64,000 bases of DNA from Synergistaceae bacterium UBA5827 (lineage in GTDB: Bacteria > Synergistota > Synergistia > Synergistales > 79-D21), in NCBI GenBank assembly GCA_002432945.1, contig DJHE01000012.1, positions 3,055-67,054 on the forward strand, read 5' to 3'. Numbering within the stretch: position 1 is the stretch's first letter; every line of letters begins with the position of its first letter. Positions 7,372 through 16,961 of this stretch are shown here, one piece after another. Under the pieces are notes generated by a model that searched no databases, had not been told where the DNA came from, and saw only the letters and a list, made by a program, of their open reading frames with translations. The translations under genes and the position numbers were made by a program.

Positions 7372-7400
7372 AACCGGTCAAGGATTCAAAGGGACATCGA

Positions 7401-7433
7401 GGGGAATCCCCGAAAGGGGATTCCCCTTCTTGT
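7401..7433 (+). terminator. Hairpin after skp/ompH
   Basis: Perfect 11-bp stem GGGGAATCCCC-GAAA-GGGGATTCCCC. The U-tract is weak (ttcttgt). Confidence 0.5.
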
Positions 7434-7491
7434 CATGGCTTGCGGAGGTTATGATGGGATTGATCCCGATTGAGAAAGGGGGAAAGAACCA

Positions 7492-8067
7492 ATGGAGAAA
7501 GTCAACATCGGAAACAACCCGTTCCTTCTACCCATGCCCATGGTTATCGTGGGTTCATGCATCGGGGAGAGACCCAACTTCATGGCAGTCGGCTGGGCAA
7601 GCCGGGTGAATGCCAAGCCGGCGATCATGAGCGTTGCCATCGGTCTTCACGCGACGGCCGGTTCGATTCTCGAAACAGGCGAGTACAGCATCAACATCCC
7701 TTCGGTTGACCTGCTGCGGCAGACCGACCTGATGGGGATGGTCAGCGGAACCGATTTCGACAAGTCGGTGCTTTTCGACATCTTTTACGGTTCTCTCGAA
7801 AAGGCCCCGATGATCCGGCAATGTCCCGTGACCATGGAATGCAAGGTGATCCAGGTCGTCGAGCTCCCCAGGGACAGCCTTTTCATCGGGGAAGTGAAGG
7901 GCGTCTGGTCGGAGGAAAGATTCCTGACGGGAGGCAGTCCCGACATCGAAAAAGTCCGTCCTTTCTGCCTGACGATGCCGGATAACCGCTACTGGTCAAT
8001 TGGACCGTCAATCGGCAGGGCCTGGCATGATGGACTTGAGCTAAAGGGGCTGCTGACAGCAAAATAA
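7492..8067 (+). CDS. Flavin reductase-like (FMN-binding split-barrel) protein
   Basis: 191 aa. P.P.VIVGS..GERPNFMAVGW pattern typical of the flavin reductase domain. SD AAGGGGGA. Confidence 0.8.
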   Translation: MEKVNIGNNPFLLPMPMVIVGSCIGERPNFMAVGWASRVNAKPAIMSVAIGLHATAGSILETGEYSINIPSVDLLRQTDLMGMVSGTDFDKSVLFDIFYGSLEKAPMIRQCPVTMECKVIQVVELPRDSLFIGEVKGVWSEERFLTGGSPDIEKVRPFCLTMPDNRYWSIGPSIGRAWHDGLELKGLLTAK

Positions 8068-8110
8068 TCGCTCAGGGCTTCCCGGGAAAGGATGAGGTGA
8101 AGACTCGCAA

Positions 8111-8650
8111 ATGAAGCATTTGGCGAACCTGATCTCGCTAAGCCGGGTGTTCCTTTCAATGTTGCTGGTCCCTCTTAGAAACCACACCGGTATTTTTATC
8201 GGGGTTTACCTGCTTTGTGGGTTCAGCGACGTCCTCGATGGCTTTGTCGCGCGAAAAACGAAGACGGAAAGCGTGGCAGGGGCGAGACTGGATTCCCTTG
8301 GGGATGTTTTCATGTTCACGGCGATCGTCCTGGTCCTGTACCTGCGGACAGGAAAGGAACTGGCGGCATACACCCCGATACTGGTTGCGGTCGTTCTTGT
8401 CAGGCTGTTGAATGTCGGCATTGCGGGATACAAGTTCCAGGTCCTTGTCCTTGGCCTGCACACCTGGGGAAACAAGCTGACGGGATTGCTGGTTTATTTG
8501 GCCCCGCTCCTGGTGATGGCCTGTCCGCCTGAAAAAGTCTTCATGTTCGTTTGCCTCGTTGCCATCCTGTCGGCGGTCGAGGAGGGGTGCATTCACCTGG
8601 GTTCCCGCAAGCTCGACTTGAACAGGAAGAGCATTTTCCTAAAGGAATGA
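8111..8650 (+). CDS. CDP-alcohol phosphatidyltransferase family protein
   Basis: DVLDGFVARKTKTESVAGARLDSLGD matches the D-G-x2-A-R-x8-G-x3-D-x3-D signature. The protein is a multi-TM protein. Confidence 0.85.
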   Translation: MKHLANLISLSRVFLSMLLVPLRNHTGIFIGVYLLCGFSDVLDGFVARKTKTESVAGARLDSLGDVFMFTAIVLVLYLRTGKELAAYTPILVAVVLVRLLNVGIAGYKFQVLVLGLHTWGNKLTGLLVYLAPLLVMACPPEKVFMFVCLVAILSAVEEGCIHLGSRKLDLNRKSIFLKE

Positions 8651-8717
8651 CCCGGAAGGAATTCAACCGCGCATAGGAGGATTCGATCCGGATGATCGAA
8701 AGAAAGGCCGGCCGTTA

Positions 8718-9176
8718 ATGGCACGCGTAAGCATGAAGATACTCATCCTCATTGCCGCGCTCATGGTCGCCGCTTATTGGGGGGTGGCAGGCACCGGCCG
8801 GGTTCCCACCGGAAGCGTCCAGGTCCCCGGGTCGACCGTAGCCGGCGACAAGGTGCTGGCCAGCCTCTTCTCGGAGCGGAGAAGCTCGGTCCAGGTCCAG
8901 GGAAGCGGTGTCGTAACAAAACTGCTCCCCGATGACAATGACGGGAACCGCCATCAGCGCTTTATCGTCAAGCTTTCATCAGGGCAAACGCTGCTCATCG
9001 CTCACAACATCGACCAGGCGGAAAGAATTGAGGGGCTCAAACCGGGAGATCGCGTGGAATTCAGCGGTGAATACGAATGGAACCATCAAGGGGGCGTGAT
9101 CCACTGGACCCATCGGGATCCCGCCGGCCGCCATCTTCCGGGGTGGATCCGGCATAAGGGGCGGACCTACGGTTGA
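8718..9176 (+). CDS. DUF3465 domain-containing protein
   Basis: An N-terminal signal/TM segment is followed by HQRFIVKLSSGQTLLIAHNID...GEYEWNHQGGVIHWTHRDP, characteristic of DUF3465 (recalled from memory). Confidence 0.75.
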   Translation: MARVSMKILILIAALMVAAYWGVAGTGRVPTGSVQVPGSTVAGDKVLASLFSERRSSVQVQGSGVVTKLLPDDNDGNRHQRFIVKLSSGQTLLIAHNIDQAERIEGLKPGDRVEFSGEYEWNHQGGVIHWTHRDPAGRHLPGWIRHKGRTYG

Positions 9177-9234
9177 ACCCGAGGCAAGTCGGTTGTGTTA
9201 ATCTAGGGTGACTTTTTCGTGGAGGTTTCGCCGG

Positions 9235-10161
9235 ATGATCCTTAAAAGGTCCATGTTCCTTGCGGATGCCGCGCTATTGGGAGTGGCCCTGTTCTGGGGC
9301 GTCGGTTACGTCGCCGTGAAGGCGGCCCTTGAAAGTTTCACTCCCCTTTGGCTGATCGTGTTCCGATTTATACCGTCCTTCCTCTTTTTATCCGTCATTT
9401 TCCGTCGCCGAATGGCTGCTCTCACGCCCCCGGCTATAAGGTCCGGCCTTCTGGCGGGGTGCATCCTGGCGATGTCATTCTTGGCCTCGACGTCCGGCTT
9501 GGTTTTTACCACCGCAGGGAAGCAGGCCTTCATTACGACGGCCTACGTTGTCCTCGTTCCCCTCCTCCTATGGGGCGCAACGCGTCGTTTTCCCGGGTTC
9601 GGGACATTCTTCACGGCCTTGCTATGCTTTGCGGGGATGTCCTTCCTGACACTCCAGGCCGATTTCTCCATTGGTCTCGGAGACGGGCTCAGCCTTCTCA
9701 GCGCTTTTTTCCTCGCCCTTCACATGCTGGTGGTCGAAAGATCCGTGCGGGATCATGACCCCGTGTCGCTTGCCATCCTCCAAATCGGGGTTGTCGGTTT
9801 TGTTGCCCTTCTCCTGGCCCCGTTTCTCGAAAAGTTCCCGGTCCAGGTTTCCCCGGCGGCCTGGACAGCGCTGGCCTATAACATCTTTCTGGGCACGGTT
9901 TTTGCCCTGGTGACCCAAAACGTGGCCCAAAGACACACAACGTCTACCCACACGGCACTGATCCTCAGCCTGGAGGGGGTTTTCGGGGCGTTAGCGGGGG
10001 CGATGGTTCTCGGGGAGATCTTCACCGGAAAAATGATCGTCGGCTGTGCCCTTATCTTCATCTCGATCCTCATTACGGAACTCTTGCCGCTCAAGTCGGT
10101 TCCGGTGGCTGTTGAATCTAATTCCGTCCCAGCCGGTATACCGACCAGTACAATAACTTAA
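9235..10161 (+). CDS. DMT superfamily transporter (EamA domains)
   Basis: ORF 9208..10161; I prefer ATG 9235, which lies 9 nt after GGAGG. It has about 10 TM helices and a duplicated EamA-like architecture. Confidence 0.8.
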   Translation: MILKRSMFLADAALLGVALFWGVGYVAVKAALESFTPLWLIVFRFIPSFLFLSVIFRRRMAALTPPAIRSGLLAGCILAMSFLASTSGLVFTTAGKQAFITTAYVVLVPLLLWGATRRFPGFGTFFTALLCFAGMSFLTLQADFSIGLGDGLSLLSAFFLALHMLVVERSVRDHDPVSLAILQIGVVGFVALLLAPFLEKFPVQVSPAAWTALAYNIFLGTVFALVTQNVAQRHTTSTHTALILSLEGVFGALAGAMVLGEIFTGKMIVGCALIFISILITELLPLKSVPVAVESNSVPAGIPTSTIT

Positions 10162-10191
10162 GCGCATGCGCGAATGAACCGGGAGGGACTC

Positions 10192-10959
10192 ATGAAATAC
10201 CGACACCTGCGGCATGCAACAGGAATACTTCACTACGGGGGCCTGCAATTCCTGGTCGATCCCATGCTGGCGCCCAAAGAATCGTGCCCGCCTATCCGGA
10301 ATTCATGGAATTCCCTGAAAAACCCCCGAGTTGACCTGCCGCTTGATTTATCCAGCCTGGAATTGCCACGGTATTGCCTCGTTACGCACCTTCACCTGGA
10401 TCATTTTGACGAGGTTGCGAAAAACCAACTCCCCAAAGACATCCACTTGATTTGCCAACCCGAGGATGCCGAGCGTTTCGAAAAAATGGGATTTTCAAGG
10501 GTCATGCCTGTCGATGGGCAATTGACCATCGAATCCGTTACTGTCAGCCGTGTTCCAGGTCAACATGGTGTAGGCCGGGTTGCGGAGCTTATGGGAGTTT
10601 CGTCCGGTTACGTGTTTCGCGCGGCAAGTGAACCGACTCTCTATATCACCGGCGATACCGTATTTTTCGAAGGCATGGGAGCAACTCTCGATGAGTGCAA
10701 GCCGGGGGTCATCATCGCTTTTGGGGGAACAGCCCAATTTTCCGAGGGTGATCCCATTACGCTGACCCCGGACGATTTGCTGGAAATCCATCGTTCTGCA
10801 CCAGGAGCGAAGATCATCTGCGTCCACATGGATTCAATCAACCATTGCAGGACGACAAGGGATGACCTAAAGCGATTTCTCTCGCTGCAACTTCCGGGTT
10901 CCGAATCCGGGGATTCGTTCTTTGTCCCCGTCGATGGTGAAACGCTTGAGTTTCGATGA
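10192..10959 (+). CDS. MBL fold metallo-hydrolase
   Basis: THLHLDHF matches the HxHxDH motif. ATG 10192 follows GGGAGGG; ATG 10174 is an alternative start. Confidence 0.8.
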   Translation: MKYRHLRHATGILHYGGLQFLVDPMLAPKESCPPIRNSWNSLKNPRVDLPLDLSSLELPRYCLVTHLHLDHFDEVAKNQLPKDIHLICQPEDAERFEKMGFSRVMPVDGQLTIESVTVSRVPGQHGVGRVAELMGVSSGYVFRAASEPTLYITGDTVFFEGMGATLDECKPGVIIAFGGTAQFSEGDPITLTPDDLLEIHRSAPGAKIICVHMDSINHCRTTRDDLKRFLSLQLPGSESGDSFFVPVDGETLEFR

Positions 10960-10996
10960 TGCCGGGGACTGTCGCCCGGAGGAAGGAAGAGTACCC

Positions 10997-11668
10997 ATGA
11001 TCACCGTATCGGAAAACTGGAAGAGTGCCTTTCCGTCAGCCTGTTTCGGGGTGCTGTTGATGCAGGGCGTCAAAAATTGCATTGGCAACCCGGGAATCGA
11101 GTCCAGGAAGACACGACTCGAAGAAGAGCTTCGAAACAAACATCTTGGAATGAGCAGGAAGGCCTTGTTGGAAGACCGTAGCATGGCGTTGTATGAAAAT
11201 CATTTCCGGAAGTTTGGACAGGGATACCCCGTGTTGCACCAGCTGGAGACCGTTGCCTTGAAAGGAAAACCGATTCTTTCTCCCTCGTCCCTGGTGGCGG
11301 CCATGTTCATGGTTGAGTTGAAAAACGGTTTTCTTACGGCCGGGCATGACTTCGAGAAAGTGTCTCCCCCGATGGTTCTTGATGTCGCCGAGGGAAACGA
11401 GACCTACCAGTCCATGGGGGGCAAGGACCGGAAACTTCAGAGAGGCGACATGTTCCTGTCGGACAGGAATGGGATCCTTTCGAGCGTTCTTTACGGTCCG
11501 GACAACCGGAGCCATATCACCCTCGAGACTTCCCTTGCACTCTTCACGGTTTATGGGGTTCCCTCCCTTGGGGCACACGAATTGCACCGGCACCTGGAAG
11601 AAATCGAAGAATTGGTCTTAACCCTAAGTCCTGGCGCTGCCAGGATGGAACTGGGTGTTTATCCCTAG
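10997..11668 (+). CDS. B3/4 (tRNA-binding-like) domain-containing protein
   Basis: ORF 10922..11668 trimmed to ATG 10997, with a GGAGGAAGG SD. The length and sequence pattern resemble COG3382 B3/B4 domain proteins (from memory). Confidence 0.65.
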   Translation: MITVSENWKSAFPSACFGVLLMQGVKNCIGNPGIESRKTRLEEELRNKHLGMSRKALLEDRSMALYENHFRKFGQGYPVLHQLETVALKGKPILSPSSLVAAMFMVELKNGFLTAGHDFEKVSPPMVLDVAEGNETYQSMGGKDRKLQRGDMFLSDRNGILSSVLYGPDNRSHITLETSLALFTVYGVPSLGAHELHRHLEEIEELVLTLSPGAARMELGVYP

Positions 11669-11723
11669 ACCGGGTTTTTTCTGCCAGGTGGGGGATGTCC
11701 GCTGCATCAGGCAAGGTGATTGA

Positions 11724-12416
11724 ATGCTCTTCAATCCATTGTGCGAGGTTTGGGAAATGCTGTTTGAAAAGTTCAAAAAGGTTGAGAGATACGCAAGGTA
11801 TTCCGCCAGAGCTTTTTTTAGGGACACCTATAACAGGATCGCTTATGGTCCTGGCGCTCCGCTTTATGCGGAAAGAATCTGGGTTAACCCCCAGGATTGC
11901 CTCGATTGCCTTGACGGCCTGGGAGACAGGTATTCGGCGAAGGTCATCCTCTCCGGCTGGCCTCCTCCCGGCGGGAAACTAAGGAAAATCGAGGATCTTT
12001 TGAAAATACGATCTTCCTATGATCACTGGGTAAAAGGCATTCCCTGGGAGGAAACGGGCATTTTTGGATTTTTGGAGAAAGAGATTGAGAGGCACCCTAG
12101 ATCCTGTTTTGACGACTGCAGGAACCAGGAGGATATCAGGAAAAGGTATAGCCAGCTGGATGTTATTTTTGAGGAAGTCAGGAAAGAAAGAGCATTAAAA
12201 AGGCAGGTTGAAGTTGATCCTTGGGCGTTCAGGGAGAAGGAAGGCGTTTATTTCCACCTGGGGCCGGGGGGCTCCCTTTTCATGGGCGGTGGGGGATGCC
12301 ATAGGTTCGCAATGGCCCTGATCCTCGGGTTAACCAGGATCCCAGCGAAGATAGGCTGCGTCCATGTGACCGCGTTCCCGCGTCTAAGGGAATTAAGGGA
12401 ATTCGCCGCCCGCTGA
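11724..12416 (+). CDS. Hypothetical protein with possible ParB/Srx-like C-terminal motif
   Basis: 230-aa ORF; ATG 11757 is an alternative start. The C-terminus FMGGGGCHRFAMALILGLTRIPAKIG resembles the DGxHR...G...IP core of the ParB/sulfiredoxin fold. The region looks more A/T-rich than its neighbours by eye. Confidence 0.5.
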   Translation: MLFNPLCEVWEMLFEKFKKVERYARYSARAFFRDTYNRIAYGPGAPLYAERIWVNPQDCLDCLDGLGDRYSAKVILSGWPPPGGKLRKIEDLLKIRSSYDHWVKGIPWEETGIFGFLEKEIERHPRSCFDDCRNQEDIRKRYSQLDVIFEEVRKERALKRQVEVDPWAFREKEGVYFHLGPGGSLFMGGGGCHRFAMALILGLTRIPAKIGCVHVTAFPRLRELREFAAR

Positions 12417-12502
12417 GATTGCGGGCGCGCAGTTCCCCGTGGAATTGATACACTGGTTCCGGGCAAAACTCATTTTTGATAACCTGGTTTGGGAGGCTTT
12501 CG

Positions 12503-13309
12503 ATGAAGGCGATTTCCCTGCAATCCGGAAGCAACGGGAACTGTATATACGTGGAAGCTTCCGGCGTCCGTCTCCTGGTCGACGCGGGAATCAGTGCCAG
12601 GGAAACGGGCCGTCGACTTGAATACCTGGGGTGCAAGATATCAGATATCCATGCGGTTTTGGTTTCGCACGAACATGTCGATCACACATCCTCCGTGGGG
12701 ACCCTCTGCAACAGGTACGGCATACCGGCCTACATGACACCTGCCACGGAAGAGGCCCTTTGCCGCAAGGCAGGATGCCGTTGCCTGTCGCATGTTCGGC
12801 ACTTTTCATCGGGGAGTTCTCTGGCTATCGGCCCTGTCAAGGTCGAGACCATCCCGACCTCGCATGATGCGGTTGACGGGAACGCATTCGTGATCGAGGA
12901 CCAGGGCCTCCGCCTGGGCGTCCTAACGGACCTCGGGCATGTCTTCGGGGGCCTTGAGAAGGTTGTCGGATCCCTGGATGCCCTGTTCCTGGAGAGCAAT
13001 TACGATCCCGGCATGCTGAAGAACGGGTGCTATCCCGCTTTCCTTAAGCGGAGGATTGCCGGGCCCGGCGGGCATATCTCGAACGATGAATCGGCCCGGT
13101 TGATCTCTGCAACGGGGAAAACCTATTCATGGGTTTGCCTGGCACACCTGTCCCAGGCGAACAACACTCCGGAACTGGCTGTCGCCACCCATATGGGTAT
13201 CGTGGGCAGCAGCCAGTCCTACCATGTCGCACCTCGAAACGGGATGGGGGAAGAATTGGTTGTGCGGAAAGCCGTGGAGGCGGGGAGAATCGACGGAGGG
13301 TTTCGGTAA
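12503..13309 (+). CDS. MBL fold metallo-hydrolase
   Basis: ATG 12503 follows GGGAGG. MKAISLQSGSNGNCIYVE...VLVSHEHVDH contains the HxHxDH motif. Confidence 0.8.
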   Translation: MKAISLQSGSNGNCIYVEASGVRLLVDAGISARETGRRLEYLGCKISDIHAVLVSHEHVDHTSSVGTLCNRYGIPAYMTPATEEALCRKAGCRCLSHVRHFSSGSSLAIGPVKVETIPTSHDAVDGNAFVIEDQGLRLGVLTDLGHVFGGLEKVVGSLDALFLESNYDPGMLKNGCYPAFLKRRIAGPGGHISNDESARLISATGKTYSWVCLAHLSQANNTPELAVATHMGIVGSSQSYHVAPRNGMGEELVVRKAVEAGRIDGGFR

Positions 13310-13375
13310 AAGCCTGGCGGAACCGGGGCGAAGGCTTGGCTTTGAATGAAGACAAATAAGGAAAGGGGTTAACAC

Positions 13376-14389
13376 ATGATCCGCTTCAACCGTATTGTCA
13401 ATATCATCGATGCGCACACCGCCGGAGAGCCGATTCGTATCGTGACGTCGGGCTTGCCGCTGATCCAGGGAAAGACCATGCTGGAAAAATACGACTGGTT
13501 TGAGAAGAACCTCGATGGGGCCAGGAACATGATCATGCGGGAACCCCGCGGCCATCGGGACATGTTTGGCTGCATCCTGACGCCGCCTGCTACCGAGGAC
13601 GGGGATTTCGGCGTTTTGTTCACGCACATCACGGGGCAGGCGACGATGTGCGGTCACGGCACGATCGGCGTCACGAAAGTGGCACTGGAAACCGGGATAA
13701 TCCCCGCAGTCGAGGGGGAGAATGTCGTACGGATTGACACCCCGGCAGGGCGGGTCACCGCAACGGCACTCGTCGAGGACGGGTATGTCGCGGAAGTCTC
13801 CTTCAGGAACGTACCATCTTTCCTCTTCCGGGACAACGTAAAGGTTCCCCTGGCCGGGCTTGGGGAAATCGAGGTCGCGGTTTCCTTCGGGGGGAATTTC
13901 TACATCTTTGTCGAGGCCGAGAAGCTGGGCCTGGAAATCAGCCCGGAAAATGTGCAGGATTTGGCCAGGAGAGCCATGGAACTGAAGAAATGGGGAGACG
14001 AAAACCTGGATGCCGTCCATCCTGAAGACTCCGGGATAAGGGGAATTTACGGGACGATCGTCACCGGGAAGACCGAGAGGACGGGGAAAGGCTGGAAATC
14101 CCGCGAGACGTGCGTCTTCGCGGATGGGGCGGTGGATCGTTCTCCCTGCGGGACAGGGACCTCCGCCAGGATGGCCTTGCTCTACGGGCGTGGCGAAATG
14201 ACGCCGGAAGAGGAGTTGAACAATGGAAGCATCATCGACACCCGGTTCAGGGGAACGATAGAGGGAACCGTCATGGTCGGAGGCATCCCGGGGATTGTCC
14301 CGAGAATTGCGGGATCAGCCTGGATCACGGGTTTCAACCAGCTTGTCCTCGATCCGACGGATCCCCTGCCGGAAGGATTCCTGGTGTAA
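13376..14389 (+). CDS. Proline racemase family protein (proline racemase / 4-hydroxyproline 2-epimerase type, Cys-Cys)
   Basis: IIDAHTAGEPIRIV is present. Both catalytic Cys contexts are present (ATMCGHGTIG and DRSPCGTGTSARMA). Confidence 0.9.
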   Translation: MIRFNRIVNIIDAHTAGEPIRIVTSGLPLIQGKTMLEKYDWFEKNLDGARNMIMREPRGHRDMFGCILTPPATEDGDFGVLFTHITGQATMCGHGTIGVTKVALETGIIPAVEGENVVRIDTPAGRVTATALVEDGYVAEVSFRNVPSFLFRDNVKVPLAGLGEIEVAVSFGGNFYIFVEAEKLGLEISPENVQDLARRAMELKKWGDENLDAVHPEDSGIRGIYGTIVTGKTERTGKGWKSRETCVFADGAVDRSPCGTGTSARMALLYGRGEMTPEEELNNGSIIDTRFRGTIEGTVMVGGIPGIVPRIAGSAWITGFNQLVLDPTDPLPEGFLV

Positions 14390-14425
14390 ACTGGGCAAGG
14401 CAAAGTAAAAAAGGAGGCGATCCTG

Positions 14426-14815
14426 ATGGATGGAGAATCTGGGACGGTATTCGCGGGGCGGCTTGAGGACCTGCCTGTTATTCCGACCGAGGATCATGGA
14501 GGAACGGAAAAAAGAGTTGTCTTCGGTCCGGGGCAGTTCTGGGACGATTACGTGGCACGGTTTTTCACAACCGCCCCGGGCGCAAAAACACCGTTCCATG
14601 CCCATGATTGGCCGCATTATGTCCTGGTCACGGAAGGCTCCGCCAGGGGCATGATCATGGGGAAGGTCTACGAACTTTCGGCGGGTTCCTGGGCTCACGT
14701 CCCCCCGAATACGGAGCATTTCTTTGAAAATACGGGGGAAGGCAACCTGTCTTTCATCTGCATCGTCCCGAAAGAGGGGGATCTGTACTGGCTGGACCAG
14801 CAGGGGAGTTGCTGA
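14426..14815 (+). CDS. Cupin domain-containing protein
   Basis: 129 aa. The two-motif cupin signature is present (PFHAHDWPHYVLVTEG ... HVPPNTEHFFENTG). An AGGAGG SD precedes the start. Confidence 0.8.
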   Translation: MDGESGTVFAGRLEDLPVIPTEDHGGTEKRVVFGPGQFWDDYVARFFTTAPGAKTPFHAHDWPHYVLVTEGSARGMIMGKVYELSAGSWAHVPPNTEHFFENTGEGNLSFICIVPKEGDLYWLDQQGSC

Positions 14816-15018
14816 GGGATCTGAATCATGCCTCGTGCAGGCATGTCGTTTCAACCGCAGGTTGGCCAGGTTGCCAATAGCGGAAAAACCCGGCAATTTT
14901 GCAGAATCGAAGGGAATTCCTTACCCGGAGTTCCCTTTTGTTCTGCCCGGCGGCAATGTCCCGGGTTTGCGGTTGTGCCATCAATGGCATAAGGTTTGTT
15001 TGCTTGGGGGTGGAATGC

Positions 15019-15486
15019 ATGGAGATCATAGAGAACGACCCGTTGAACACAATGCTCCTGGAACAGATGATCAAGGACCCGGAGGATCTTAAGCTTGTCT
15101 GGCCAATGGCCCGTTACCCGTTCGATCATGAACAGTGGGGGCAGGTGCTTGACCGGGAGAAAGGGGCCGTTTCCTTCCTGGTTTACGAAGGGGAGAGCCT
15201 GGTTGGGCATGCTGCCCTGGACAGGGCGGAAGAGCCGCAAACGAGAGTGGCCAGGTTTCTTTACATCATCCCGGAACTACGGGGCCAGGGCCTGGGGCAG
15301 AAACTCATGGTCCTTCTGGAGCAATACGCCAGGGAGAAATTGGGCGCGAGCCGACTGGTGTTAAGGGTCAGGAACTTCAATGAGAAGGCGATCGGCTGTT
15401 ACGGGAAAAGCGGGTTTTCGGTGTTTTTCCGGGACGGTAGCCTGCTCATGATGGAGAAGGATATCGGGCGGGGGGAAAACGGTTGA
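15019..15486 (+). CDS. GNAT family N-acetyltransferase
   Basis: ORF 14899..15486 trimmed to ATG 15019. IIPELRGQGLGQKLM matches the Q/RxxGxG/A acetyl-CoA motif. Confidence 0.8.
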   Translation: MEIIENDPLNTMLLEQMIKDPEDLKLVWPMARYPFDHEQWGQVLDREKGAVSFLVYEGESLVGHAALDRAEEPQTRVARFLYIIPELRGQGLGQKLMVLLEQYAREKLGASRLVLRVRNFNEKAIGCYGKSGFSVFFRDGSLLMMEKDIGRGENG

Positions 15487-16664
15487 TGCCGACAAGCAAG
15501 CTGGAAGAGATTTTTAGGAAACACGAGGATGACCTTGTCGAGTTTGCCAGTAGCCTGGTGAGGATCCGGAGCTATTCGGACCAGGAAGGGGAGCTGGCGC
15601 GGCACATCGCGGGGAAAATGGAAGCGCTCGGTTATGACGAGGTCTTCATTGACGGCACGGGAAACGTGGTCGGGAGGATCGGGAACGGCCCGAAGAGCAT
15701 CCTTTTCGATTCGCACATGGACACGGTCGAGGTCAATGACGAACAGGACTGGGTCCTGCCCCCGTTCTCCGGGGATATCATGGATGGCCGGCTCTACGGG
15801 CGCGGCTCGGTCGACATGAAATCCGCGATTGCGGCTTCCGTTTACGCGGGGGCGATAGCGAAGGGACTTGGGTTCCATTCCGGCAAGACGATTTACGTCA
15901 CCACGACCGTATGCGAAGAATACTGCGACGGCGAAAACCTAAGGATGCTGTTCAGGGAGAGTGGCATCAAGCCCGATTACGTCGTCATCTGCGAGCCCTC
16001 GGACAATCTTATCGTCCTTGGGCACAAGGGAAAGGCGCAGATGCTGATTAGGACGCACGGAGTGTCGGCCCACGGATCGGCGCCGGAGAAAGGGGTCAAC
16101 GCGGTCTACGAAATGGCCGAGATCATCAGCCGCGTGGAGAAGCTGAATGACGACCTGGCGGCCGCAGGCTCGCCGCACGGGACGATCGTCCTGTCAGACA
16201 TTTCGAGCGTAAGCGTGTCGCTTAACGCGGTGCCGAGCGAATGTTCCATTTACCTGGACCGGAGAATGGTGCCCGGAGAGACCGAAGAAGACATCCGGAG
16301 CGAAATGGGAAGCCTGGTGAAGGGCAAAAAAGCGACGTGGGAGGTAGGAACAATCCGAAGGAAGAGCTGGACAGGCGTCGACCTTTGTTATGAGCCCCTC
16401 CACGCAGCGTGGAAAATCGACCTCGGGCATGAACTGGCAATAGCCTGCAACAAGGCCTATGAAAAGGTTTTCGGAAAGGCTCCTGGACGGTATGACTTCT
16501 GGGATTTCGGAACAAACGCCGTCACGCCTGTCAGCATGGGCATCCCGACCATCGGGTTCGGTCCCGGCGAATACAAGCTCGCCCACATGCTCAACGAAAG
16601 CTGCGAGATCTGCAAAATCAAGGACGCATGCCGATTCTACACATCCCTGGTGGGGGAGATATGA
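15486..16664 (+). CDS. M20 family metallohydrolase (ArgE/DapE/YgeY-like)
   Basis: The start ATG overlaps the GNAT stop (TGATG). The motifs SHMDTV and GRGSVDMKSAIAA are present, and the overall sequence resembles YgeY-type hydrolases (from memory). Confidence 0.85.
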   Translation: MPTSKLEEIFRKHEDDLVEFASSLVRIRSYSDQEGELARHIAGKMEALGYDEVFIDGTGNVVGRIGNGPKSILFDSHMDTVEVNDEQDWVLPPFSGDIMDGRLYGRGSVDMKSAIAASVYAGAIAKGLGFHSGKTIYVTTTVCEEYCDGENLRMLFRESGIKPDYVVICEPSDNLIVLGHKGKAQMLIRTHGVSAHGSAPEKGVNAVYEMAEIISRVEKLNDDLAAAGSPHGTIVLSDISSVSVSLNAVPSECSIYLDRRMVPGETEEDIRSEMGSLVKGKKATWEVGTIRRKSWTGVDLCYEPLHAAWKIDLGHELAIACNKAYEKVFGKAPGRYDFWDFGTNAVTPVSMGIPTIGFGPGEYKLAHMLNESCEICKIKDACRFYTSLVGEI

Positions 16665-16712
16665 AGTCCCCGGGGCGATAGGAGCTTACGGTCCCTCTTG
16701 GCGTTCCTGGTA

Positions 16713-16753
16713 AAGAAACCGGGGCTGCGGTCGCAGCCCCGGTTTCTTATTAT
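16713..16753 (+). terminator. Rho-independent terminator
   Basis: 16-bp perfect stem AAGAAACCGGGGCTGC/GCAGCCCCGGTTTCTT with loop GGTC. Confidence 0.75.
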
Positions 16754-16961
16754 GTATACGCATAGGATTTAATTTTAACTTTATTCAGGTAAATAGGGGG
16801 AGCAGTATAATGTCGCCGGTTTTATCCGAATACACTATGAATAGAAAAAATAGACATTAAACCGATTCGGAGAGGGGAGGTGGAAATCAGGGTAGATTGG
16901 CGGGTCTTCGCGTGAAGAGTGGGGCATTCAAACTTACGAGACAGAAGAGGAGGAGACAGGC

